Source of the DNA: the human T2T-CHM13v2.0 reference genome, Homo sapiens
DNA length: 64,000 nt
Reading direction: 5' to 3' (one strand)
Assembly: GCF_009914755.1 (NCBI RefSeq)
Contig: NC_060925.1
Position numbers and translations under genes: made by a program. The first letter of the stretch is position 1. Each line of letters begins with the position of its first letter. Positions 29,891 to 41,519 of this stretch are shown here, in pieces. The notes under the pieces were generated by a model. It was not told where the DNA came from. It did not search any database and was given only the letters and a program-made list of their open reading frames with translations.

Positions 29891-32800
29891 AGTGAGTCAT
29901 CTGTCTGGGCTTTAGGTAATCCTCAAAACCTAGCTATCTTTGATTCCCCTTTTTTGCCATTTATGAAGGATTTGAGCTTCTGATGTGGGGGGTATCCAAG
30001 CCCCTAGATCCCAACCTCATTTCCATAGGAAGAATCATCATTTTCAAGCTCAGGAAAAACATCCATTTTGTTCACCATGGTATACCCAGATAGCCTAGCA
30101 CAGTACCAGGCACATAGTAGGTGCTAAATTGATATTTGTCCAATGAAAGAAACTTGAGGAGGTCTTCTTGAAGGAAGTGATCCAAGCAGAAAGCCAAGAT
30201 CTTCCCTTCCCAGGGCGAGAAGTAAGTACCTCTTAGTCTCCATCCAGAAAAGGAAGACTTCTGGCAATCTGATTAGAAGCGGGTAGAGACTCCTCTTGAC
30301 TCTGCCTTTGGAAGGCAAGCATGTGGATTTACTTAGGATTGTATTTATTAGGACATTTTGGGAGCTGATGGAGATCATGAGAGGCAGGCTGATCCCCCCA
30401 AACCACTCCCCACCTCCTCACCCAAGACCCCACCCTTCAAACCCCCAAGATGCCTCCACTGACCCTCAGGGCAACTGCCAAAACTATACGCAAAGAAGCT
30501 TCATGCAACAAAAACAGTTGGCTAGATCTTAAAAGTGCATTTCCTGGCACATGGTAGTCACTTCATATATGTTAATATTGATGGATGCCATTTATTATGC
30601 ACCAGGCCCTGTGCAGGGAGAAGGGAGGAGTTTCCATCTAATGATGTGTGAGAATTGTCATTATCCCTATTTTATAGAAGACAAAACAGAGGCCCAAAGA
30701 ACTTGAGAAATGCCCAAGTCACAGCTAGAAAGTATAGGAGATTTCAAATCCAAAACATCTGTGTCCCAAACCCATGTACCAGCCACCCTAATGTCTGACC
30801 CCTCCCTCTAGGCCAGAGCTTCCCACCAGGCCCCCAGACCCTGGGAGTCCCCTCCCTGCTCTCTGCAGAGGCACCCCTTACTCATCCCTTCATCTGTCTC
30901 CTCCAGACAGCAGTGATTTTCAAGTCTCTCTCTTTTAAAACTTAATTTGCCAATTTCCCCCTTAGAGGTGCTTTTTGATATTCCTTCAGGCTGTCAGCCT
31001 GGACAGGCCACGCAAGCAGAATCCAGGGAGATGGATGCTTATTACAACCATTCAATTAATTAAGTTTGAATAATGCAGCGCTGGCATGCTCCCATCGATC
31101 AGTGGAGGCCTATAGACCTCCCCCACCTTGGACTTTTAATAGCCTTTTCCATATTTATTGCTACCTAACCGGACACTTCAAGCATATCCTGCACTTGGTA
31201 TAATTTGATATCTGCCCGGTCCCCAAAGTGCCCTCTCAACAAATGTTTACCTGATGCTATAGTGTATTTAAAAGATTTATATTCCTTTTTGCTGAATGGA
31301 GTCCTTCGGAAAGGAGGACTGTCTTCCCAAGCAGAGGATCCGGCATTCGCTGGCGGGGTGGCCTCCAGCAGGAATGTTTTAATACATCACTTATTAAAAT
31401 GGACCTGGAGCCTTGGCCGAGGGCTCCCATACTCCCTGCTTCCCAACAGAGGACAGCCTTAGGCCTTAGCTGACCACTTCCAAGCCCTGCCCCCCTTCTA
31501 AACCCTTACACAATGACTATCAGAGCCGACAGGGCCTCAAACCAACAAACCAACAAAGGACCTTTAAGGCTGAAGGACAGTGACTGCAGCTGGGACTGAG
31601 CCTGGTCCTGGGGTCAGATGACCCTGCATCCCCCTCCTGAAGGGTGGACCCTGGGTTTCAGTCCTGGCTCAGTGACTTACTAGCTGAGTCACCTTATACA
31701 AGTTACTTCACCCTTCTGAGCCCCGGTTTCTCCTGTACAATCAGGATAATAATAGTGCCTATTTCACAGGGTTTTGTGAGCCTGGTATACAGTAAGAGCT
31801 CAATTAATGCAGAGGCTGTGCGATCCTTTTGGCCTCTCTGGGGCCTCGATTTCCTTACCTACTGAAGAGAGCAACTCATGGGTTTCTAGGGGTGCTGGGA
31901 TGATTGCATAGGAAAACAGGAGAGAAAACACCTTGTAATTACACAGTGCTTTGATCACGTCAGTGGCAATTACTCCTGGGTGTGGACACAAATCGTGTCT
32001 TCTGAAAGAATCTTTTCACATGGCTTCTGCCCCTCGGCAGATTGATGCCTTGTCCCCCTCAGCCTATCAGCGGGAATGCCAGGGGATGGCTGAGCTCCAT
32101 GGTGCCCATCAGCTCCCAGGTGCTGGGAGTCCCCGGGTAAGCAGGGAGGAGAGCAGGTTCTGGAGGAGGGTCAGGTGCCTGGGAAAATCAATCTGGCATT
32201 CCCACTCCTGTTGGCCCCGCCAGCCCCAGCTTGCTCACCATTCCCAATAATAACTGCTTGCATGGAGAGCTCTCTGCTGGGACCTCCTGAGCCCTTGGGC
32301 CTCCACTGCCTGGGAAGGAGGTTGAGACATCACCCACTCTGGGCCCTCTGGAGCCCCTCTTCCTCCTGCCTGCCCCCCTCCCCTAGCCTCTCACCTGAAG
32401 TCTGAGTCACTCTTAGGCTCCTGTCACTGTGAGCTGTGTTGTGACGCCTGGCTGACAGCTTTACCACAAACACATTAAAAGCTCCCAGCACTTCTGGGTG
32501 TGTAATAGCCCAGGAGAAAAAAAAAAACTCTCCCAGTCTTTCTTCAGCCAAAATCCTCCTCCCAAACCCTCCTCCCCCAGGGGCCTGCTCCACGACCTTT
32601 GACTGCCCCAAGCCTAACAAGGGGCTAAGATTTGTCTTCCTATCAAGCCCTTCTAACTGATGATTAGAGAAAGGCTGATAAGTGCAGGTGCCTGAGACCT
32701 CTCAGGCCGTGCACCCCCAGGAGCAGCGCATCCCTTGACCTGTGAGCCCCGGAAGGTGAAGATGAAGACAGAATGCAACTCATCTGCAGCCCCGCCTCTG

Positions 32801-33364
32801 AGGACAGGGGGCCCCTGGCGAAGTATGAAAGGTGCGTAGAGTGGCCTGATACTGAGTGTTCCCATGTGCTGGCACTGTGTTCATCCTCCTAATAACCCTA
32901 TGAGGCAGGGGCTGAGTTATCCTCACTTTACAGATTAGGAAATTGAGGCACTTGCTCAAGTCTAAAGACCTAGGAAGTCGGGTAGCTGGGACTCGCATCC
33001 AACTCTGCCAGCCTGCAAAGTCACTCTTAACAAGACTGCCTGCTTCCCTGCACAGTATCCCTCTTTCTCCCCTCACCCCACCAGAGATGGCAGAAACCTC
33101 AGGGATGCAGTGAGAGCTCAACCTGCAAATCCAAAATGGAATAAATTCACCTTAGGGGGATGGCCTTGCCAGTCCAGTCCATCTTTCCTCTCATCTGAGC
33201 CCACCCATAGGGGACCCCAACATTGCCTTTTTGCCTCGCAGACCAAAGCCACCATCCCTCCTTCCTGTCTGCAGCCAGCCCACAAACAGCAAGTCATGTC
33301 CCCCCCACCCCACCCCCCCAGCCAAAGCAGAGAAAAGAGAGGAGTGAGACACAGGAACAATTCT

Positions 33365-33370
33365 TTTATT
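33365..33370 (-). terminator. CAMK2N1: CAMK2N1 distal poly(A) signal AATAAA
   Basis: tttatt on +; UGUA immediately upstream (TGTACAATAAA); U/GU-rich sequence downstream. Confidence 0.8.
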
Positions 33371-33808
33371 GTACATTGGAGAAATAGCCCTGTGTGCTGG
33401 TTCAAGGTGCAACATACAGAATATTGAATTAAGAAAAGAGGGAACGGGGAAGGGAAGGGAAACCTCTTGAGGTCCAAAGTTGCAAACAAAAAATGGTAAA
33501 AGATTTCCTCACGCAAGAGGCATTTTTGCAAATACCATGCAAAACAGGCAGCTGGTGTGCCTTAAGAGAATCCCTATAAATAACAGAAAAGACACTCCAA
33601 GCATTCCTGTACGTGGACTCAGAGCACAGAGAAAAGAAACTAAAATGCCTTTTGGCATTTCAAGATATTTGGCACTCTTGTGATTACATTTTTTTACAGT
33701 CCATTAAAGAGAATAAACTGACATAATATTAGAGAAATAAACAGGCTGCTCACACAACAGACTGCAAGGGGAAGTTAGAAAAAGCTCAAGCATTTTTTTC
33801 TTTGTTTT

Positions 33809-33810
<2 letters not shown>

Positions 33811-33846
<36 letters not shown>
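33811..33846. repeat. (GT)18 microsatellite, (AC)18 in CAMK2N1 mRNA
   Basis: Direct count. Confidence 0.95.
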
Positions 33847-33849
<3 letters not shown>

Positions 33850-34602
33850 TCTGACATAAAAAATGTGTCCATTTGCATTAACTTGGGCAGATAGCTTGCA
33901 GCAACAAAGAAACACAAGCTTTACAACTCATTTTAAAATAAAATCTTTTCTATGTATCATTCCTTAGAAAAGTTCTCTTCTTGTTTTAAACACATTCCTG
34001 ATAACTTCTAAAGATGACCAAAATAAAACAGAATATCTACAGAGATCATTTTCTGAATTTTTTGTACATCCAAGGATAACAACATAAAAAAAATAAAACT
34101 GGACAGCATTTCACATCCAAGTGCACAGAACCATTTTTGCAAGATTAAATAATGTAAACATTGGGAACAGCCAAATCAGCGAAGAATGCCAACACCTCAA
34201 AACACCTGGTGTTGCCGCTTCATTAAGTGGTTCAAAATCCAGATCTATAATTGCGCAATATTCACCGTATATAAAAAGAAATGGATATTAATTTTGACAA
34301 ATAGCTGCAACTGAGACTTCTTTTTATTTCTTTATATGTGTATATAGTGAATTTTTATTATTTTTAAAATTTTATTTATTTTTTTATTTTTATTTTTGCA
34401 GAGGAGCCCAGAGCCTTCTCCTCCTCCTCCTCCTCCTCTCGCCTCATCTGTCTCCCGGCCTGATACCAGATACAGGTTGTTGATTTCATCGTGGGTAGCA
34501 AGCTAGTAATAAATTTCAAAGTGCTTTCTCTTTTCATGCTTTTTGCCAATAACTGTTACCGCCGTTCTTATTCTCTCCCTTAACTCATTGTCTTTGGGGG
34601 AG

Positions 34603-34673
34603 TTAGACACCAGGAGGTGCCTTGTCGGTCATATTTTTCAGCACGTCATCAATCCTATCATCTTCAATAACAA
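34603..34673 (-). CDS. CAMK2N1: CaMKII inhibitor 1, coding exon 2 (VVIEDDRIDDVLKNMTDKAPPGV*)
   Basis: Acceptor tttttttgcag at 34674; phase 1 joins exon 1; TAA at 34605-34603; total 237 nt = 78 aa. Confidence 0.97.
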
Positions 34674-36167
34674 CTGCAAAAAAAGGGGGGAAAAGAGAGG
34701 TGAGCGCGCTGGGGCCTAGCCAGAGGTCTCTGACATTTCCCGTTATGCCCAGAGTGGGAGGTCGGGAGAGGAGAGGGCGAGGGAGCAGGGCTCACTGCGC
34801 GGTGAAACAGCTCCATCCTCCGTCCCTGCCAGGGGTCCCTTCCCTGCTTTCCTCTGAACCACCCACCACCCTCTATCCTCCAGCCTGCGTCCCAGCTCCA
34901 TTCTGAGAAAAGGAAACAGAGGGCGCCAACCCAGCCGCTCCTGCTGCAGCCAGGGCGCGCACTGGCCCGCGTCCTCCCCGCACCAGGCGCACTAATTTAG
35001 ACAGAAATGTCTGGAGCTGGGATAGGAGAGGGAGCCAAAGTCTTTGGGTCTCGGGACCCCAGGTAAGTCCCGAGCGCAGCTCCGGTGGGCAAGGCTAGGT
35101 GCGGAGATGAGCGGAACCAGGAGGGGACGCCAAAACCGGTTCCCACGACGCGCAGCGGGTGGGGGTTAGGGCCTGGCCTGGGCGGGCGCCCCCTCCTGCG
35201 CGCCCTCTCCCAGCCGCTGGCCGACTGACTCGGCCGCCCCGCGCTCCCCGCTGCCGCAGAGGTCAGAGCCTCCCTTCGCTGCCTGCCAGGGACACATGCC
35301 GTAACCTCGGCCTCTCTTACCGTCTCGACTTAGCCTCGCCTTTCTCAGTCCCTCCATCGTCCCTCGGCGCGACGGCCGGCAGCCGATCGAGGTCTCTGTC
35401 TCTCCCTGTCTAAGGTGTCGGTCGCCCTTATTGTTTCGGCGGCTTCTGCGTCCTCCCCAAACGCGCGTCCTCGGCTCTGTCTCTCCCGCTTCAGCTCCCC
35501 TCTCGGGAGCTTTGTCTCGGTCTCTGCCACCCTCGGTCTCCCGCGTACCCCCTCCCCTCCATCCCTGCGTCTCAGTCTCTCTCTGCAGCCGTCGGTCCCC
35601 CTCATTGTCCCCGCGTCTCTGGAGCTCCTCTCGGAGCCTCTCTGCGTCTCCGCCTCTCTGGGGCTTTTCCAGCTCTCGCGCGGATCGCCCAGGCCTGGCA
35701 AACCCCCTCCCAAGCCAAGTAACAATGAAAAGCCCGTGCGACCCGAACACCCTAGCCTTCCCCGCAGGAATGGGATCCTCCCCACGCAGGTCCCCACGCC
35801 GTCCCCTGGGGGTCCCTGGGACCCCCTCCCCACAGGGTTATGGAGCGAGTGCAGCTGTGACTACACTGCGCAAAAGGCGGGGGTGGGGGGCGCAAATCAA
35901 AAAGCAAACTTTGCCGCGCGGGTGGAGACCCCCAGCTGCTGCTAGAAGCCGCCACGCCCCCAGGGTGACCCAGCCGGGGATCCGGCTTAGGGGGACGCGT
36001 TCCTGCGACCCGCTTCAGCCGGACCCGCAGTGCGGGATCCCCCAATTCTGCAAGAAGGGATTCCGTCAGGTCTGAACGGGCTCCAGCGGGTGGGAGACCT
36101 CCGCAACCCTTGTTCAGGCCGCGGCGCGGGAAAAAGGGGGTGTCAGACAAGGGGGCCGCGAACTCAC

Positions 36168-36333
36168 CCCGCTTGCTCCGGCCGATCTGGCCCAGCTTGG
36201 GCGGCCGCTTGTTCTGCCCGGCGCCGAAGAAGTTGTTGGTGTCCTGCAGGCGGCAGGAGAAGATCTGGCCCACGTCGCCGCCGTCGCCGTAGGGGCTCAG
36301 CTTCTCGTCGCCGTAGGGCAGCACCTCCGACAT
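36168..36333 (-). CDS. CAMK2N1: CaMKII inhibitor 1, coding exon 1 (MSEVLPYGDEKLSPYGDGG...KRPPKLGQIGRSKR)
   Basis: ATG at 36333 (ACCATG); donor G|GTGAGT at 36167; contains the known CaMKIIN inhibitory segment. Confidence 0.97.
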
Positions 36334-37164
36334 GGTCGCGTCCGGGGGCTCCGCCGCGGCGCCTCCTCCGCCCGCGTCCCCGCCCGCGGCGGACAGGGTC
36401 AGCGGCGCTGGGGCCGGGGGCGGCCGGCCGGGGACGGCCCGCGGGCTGCTGCGGCGGTGGCGCCGGCGAGAGGCCGGGGGACGCCGCTAGGGCAAGAGCG
36501 CGGCACTCGCGCGAGCGGCCCGGAGAGCGCCCGCGGCTGCGCTGCGCTGCGCTCCGGCTCCGCGCGCGAGTGGCTGCTGCTCCGCCAGAGGCGAGCAGGA
36601 CTCACATCCTCGGCGCGCTGGGGCTCTGGGCGGGGGCCGGGCCGGGCGGGGCCGCGAGCCGGGAGGGAGGAGACGTCCCTGCGAGCCCGGAGGGCGCGGG
36701 ACCGAGGAGGGCGCACCCCGGGAGCCGGGCGGGCCGGTCCTGCGGCGAGTGCGGGCGGCGGCGCCGGTTCGGGGAGGCAGACTGGGAGCTGCGAGCGGCG
36801 GGGCTGCGAGGGGCGGAGGGGGAGGGGAGGGAGAGAGGAGGGAGGGCACCGGGGAGGAAACCCGGAGGGAGGGTGGGGGAGAGAAACCGAGAGGGAGACG
36901 GGGCTGAAAAACAGGGACTGAAAGACAGGGAGGCAGGGGAGACGGTGGAAGGAGACAGAGGAGAGGGGGAGAGGAAGGAGAGGAGGAGAAAGAAGAAAAG
37001 GTGGGGTGGGGGACGAGCTAGAACGGAGAGACAGGGGAAAGATGAGAGGAGGAGGGAAAGGATCGGGAGGGAGAGGAAGAGGGTCGGAGAGGGAAGGAAG
37101 GGAGAAAAACAGAGGGGGGAGAGGGAGGCAGGGATAGAGGAGGCAGCGAGCTGCGAGGAGAAAT
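36334..37164 (-). other. CAMK2N1: Putative CAMK2N1 5' UTR (~830 nt)
   Basis: Inr-like GGCATT (BBCABW, A at 37164); TSS is inferred, not observed. Confidence 0.5.
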
Positions 37165-40104
37165 GCCGGCCGCGGCGCCGAGGCGAGGCGCGGGGAGGAG
37201 GGCGGGAGGAGGCGGGGAGGAGGGGACCCGCGGGCCTCGGGGAGAGATCCCTGCGAGCGGAGCGACGTCACGGGGCCGCGCCGGCCGGCCCGGGCTGCCG
37301 CTAGCTTCCTGCCCCCGCCCCCAGCCCCCGCCGTCCCGCTCACGGGTGTTTACGGGGCCCGGAGCTGGTGCGCGCCCGCCCCGCAGCCGGCTTTGCCTCC
37401 CGAGGGGACCTCGGGGGGAGTGGGGGTTCCGGGAGCTGGAGAGGGAGCGGACAGACGACGCACACGCGGGGAAGGGCGGAAGCATGCTGACCCCCCTGGG
37501 GGGCAGATGCTGCGGGGCAAAGATCGGAGGGCTCCAGGGCGACCCGCGGACATAGCCTCCCCCGCCATCTGCAAACCGGGGAGCCCTTCCTCCCCACCAC
37601 ACTTGCTCCCCAATTCAGACCCTGAGGGCCCAGCCACTGGGGCCTCACACTCTCCTCCCGCCCCGGCTCAGTCCGACCTGGAAGGCCTCACTCCCCCACG
37701 CCCCCGCCCAACTGCGCTGGACTCCGGCTCCCGCAGGGCCTCCAGGAGGGGGAGGGGGAGAGGGAAGGGGCAGCCCCGCCTCCCGCAGGAGAAGGGAGCG
37801 CCTCATTACGCCGGGCTCGCCCGGGATGCCTGGCTCCCGGCGTCCGCTGCCTCCGCTGGGGACGTCCCGGGTCTGCCGCCCTCTGCCCTCGGGGGTCTCC
37901 CTTCCAGCAACAGCCGTGCGCCCTGTGGAGAGACTATGGCCTCTGAGATGAGGAGCGGGCTCCTCGATGCCGGGAGGGAGACTGGGGCAGCCCCAGAGGC
38001 CTGGGAGGCGCATCTGCCAAGCAGATGGTAACTCCGAGGGGGCAAGGTGCATGAGGAGCGCTCATTATCCTCGCCGGAGCCAACAGCACCTGCCTTCCGC
38101 TGGAGACCGTCTTTGCTTAGTAGAGCCGGCCTGACCACAGGGAGGGGCAACCACCCCAAGGTCATGCCAGCTGCTGGAGGCAGGGCTAGGAAACACATCC
38201 AGGTGGCCCAGGTGAGTCTCACCTGGCTCATCCTGCTGCCCTGCAAGGGGTCCCATCAACAGTGAAAGGAGCTCTCCCCTCCTATCTAGAACTCTGGCGG
38301 GTGGGAGCTGGAGGCAGAAGGGGAAGGTTTTTTCCTGGTATAACATCTGGTGGAGGGGGGAGTCAGTCCAGCCCCCTCTCCAAACGGTGTAAAAGGATTG
38401 GCTGGCCTCGGGAAGCCAGAATCCATGGGGGGAGGAGGAAGGGAGCAGAGAAAAGGGAGACTGAAGCAATGTGGCAGGTGGAATAAGCATGTCCCTTGGA
38501 TTTAGGTCTGGGTTTGAATCCCAACCCCGTGGTTTGCTGACTGTGTGACCCTGGGTGGGTCATCTCTCCTCTCTGAGCTTCCATGGTCTCAGCTGTCAAA
38601 TGGGTATATGGCTAGCCAGTACCTGTGTACCCTGCAGGACAGTTATGAAAACAAAAATAAAATCAGGCTCTGATGCCTGGCTGAGAGTGGATGTGCAATA
38701 GACATTTGAGAGATGACTTAATGAGTGAGAAAGAACGGTAGCACTTCATTTGTTTCCATTTCAGGACCACATGAGCTGGGAGAATCCTTAGAGATGAGCT
38801 GGGCCTATCCCTCATTTCCATATGGGGAAACAGAAGTCCAGAGGGCCAGGGGCTAGCCCCAAATCCCACAGTTTGTCGATGGCAGAAGCCTCAGGTCCCC
38901 AGACTGACCTTGTTCCTCTCCACAAGCCACCTGGCTCATTCATTAGGACTTTCCCAAGTGCCTGCTTTGAGGTTAGTGCCAAGGCCAAGTGCTAAGAGAG
39001 AAAACAAGAGCGTAACAAGCAGGATGATAAAGTTCCAAGAAGCGCTGACATTTGTCCCCTTTCTTATTTTCCTCCAACGCATTTTCACATCTATTATTGA
39101 CCTTGCTTCTCAAAATAAATACCTTTTGAGGTAGAAAGAGGAGACGTTGCATCCCTGTTTAACTGACATAGCAGAAAGAGGATAAGTGACTTGCCCAAGG
39201 TCACAGCCTAGTGATAGAGCCAGGAGAAGCCACTGTGGCCAGCCCTGATTCCGTAGGGGACTCCCTGCAGTGGTGACAGCATACAGGGCTGGGACCACCC
39301 CATTCATCTCACATCCGCCTGGCTCCTTCCTTGCTGCTGAGAGGCACAAAGCAATTTACACGCTGAGCACCTACGACAGTCCCACTGCACAGAAGGTAAG
39401 CAGAAAGACCCAGCGAGGACTGACGAATCCCTGCACACACAGCAAGTGAGAGCAAGAAGAGAAGTCCAATTTCCACCCCATCTGTTTTTATGTTTACCTT
39501 GCCTTGTTCCAAATAAGGTTAAAGGTGACAGCATCCCATGTTCCCAACTCAGTACCCACCCCCTTCAGGAAGCACACGCGCCTCCCAGCACATGGTGCTT
39601 GACAGCTTGAAAAGCATCTCCATGACTATTCGCTCATTAATCGCTAAGCTTCGGAAGTGGAGGGGACTGGGACTGTCAGGCCCATTTCACAGACAAGGTG
39701 CCTGAAGGTGGAGTGATGTCCCCAGGGTCACACAGAAGTTCTGCAAGGGCAAATTGCGAATCAGTATGGCTTTCCTCCACCTCCATTCCTCCCACTTGTC
39801 TTTATCACAAAGGCCTCACTCAGTCCTCCGTTCCTTCCAGCATTTGGTGGGGGCATCTCTTCATCTTGAAGTCAACACATGTGCTGGGACTCCATTCCTA
39901 CCTGTTTACACTCATTCCCCAAAGCCAAGAGGCTGGCTCTGAACCAGAGGCCCAGAGCTGTGTTGAGGAGGCCAGACCCAGGTGAAGGAACCTAATAAGG
40001 CAGGAATGAAGGCTTCCCTCCCCACCTCCCCACAAGGAAGCCTGGCAGTACATGGTCTGGGGCAGTAGTCTAGGATGAAGAGCCCACTGGGGCAGTCAAG
40101 TTCA

Positions 40105-40404
<300 letters not shown>

Positions 40405-41467
40405 GTTCAAAGCCCTGCTCGGTCATTTCCTAGGTCTGTGATCCTTTCACTCTCTGTGCCTAAGTTTTTTCATCTGTCAAATTGGCATAAGAATCATTAT
40501 TACTTGGTGGTTTATTGTGGGGAGGAGATCATACACACACCACGCCTAGCACAGAATCAGTCCTCAATAAAAGTGGTTGTTATTATTTGCTATAGGCTTT
40601 CTTTGTGGCTTTGAAAAAGCTGCCTCTGACTCTACATCATCCAATGGGAAACCTGGAGAAGATCACATCTTTTCAGCGGCAAAACCAGTTTTCCCAAATC
40701 CAAAGTAGATAAAACCTGCTTGAAGCAAAGGTGGGGGTCCTAGGGCCTTACTCCAGCTTCCCCCTGAAACTTCATCTGAAACTCCTTCACCAAACCCCAG
40801 GACTCTAGAAATAAGAACCACAGGACCAGGCCATCTCCATGGACCCTTTCAGCACAGACATTCCAGGATCAAAAATAAGTATTTGATAGCCCAGACTGTG
40901 CACCGAGCCCCACACTCAAGCTGGTGGGATAAGAAAGGGGAAGGTCAGCCCCAGCAGGGCCCAGCACAGAAGGGAGGCTCAGCACACATCAGTTTCCCCT
41001 TGATCTCGTCTCCTCCCTCCAATCCAGACGGGGAAACTGAGGCACAGGCAGCGGCATCAGACAGTGATGGCAAGACGTAGAGAAGAACGTGGCTGTGGGA
41101 CAGCCCAGCCCAGGCCTCTGTGCCTGCCTTCTGGGCTCCGTTCCTTCACCTGGGCATTGGATGGCAGGCCAAGCCCAGGCTCCCGTAGAGATGGGGTGCT
41201 GGGAATGCTGAGGTTTGCCAGGGCCGGCTCAGACCCTAAACTGTCAGCAGGAAAGGCCAGGGGGTGATGCCCTCTCAATAGCCAGCTGGTCACCTCAGGA
41301 GAGGCTAAGTGGCCATCCAGCAGGGAACCACCACTCTGAGCCAGAGTTGGATAAAAACCCAAGTCCCCGCCACCCCTCTCAGCTCAGTGACTGGAACCTG
41401 GGTTGCAGCCACTTCCCTTCCCTACCCTCCTTGAAAGGCAGGGCCTCTGCCCCCGTCCCCGCCTCGT

Positions 41468-41468
<1 letters not shown>

Positions 41469-41516
<48 letters not shown>
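41469..41516. repeat. (CA)24 microsatellite
   Basis: Direct count. Confidence 0.95.

Positions 41517-41519
<3 letters not shown>

Larger units (their letters stand above)
33345..34602 (-). other. CAMK2N1: CAMK2N1 3' UTR (~1.26 kb)
   Basis: Between stop codon and poly(A) signal; AU-rich, free of interspersed repeats; 3' end inferred. Confidence 0.75.
34700..37990. promoter_or_regulatory. CAMK2N1: CAMK2N1 CpG island/promoter
   Basis: Very high GC and CpG density; near-perfect CRE CGACGTCA 37263-37270; GC box ~37312. Confidence 0.85.

Noticed and set aside
36282-36318. Repeated 13-mer encoding PYGD twice in CAMK2N1
   Set aside because: Part of the known protein; trivial internal duplication
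35159-38246. Long Arg/Pro/Gly ORFs (424, 314, 214 aa etc.) over CAMK2N1
   Set aside because: Expected in very GC-rich DNA; mostly non-ATG starts and low complexity
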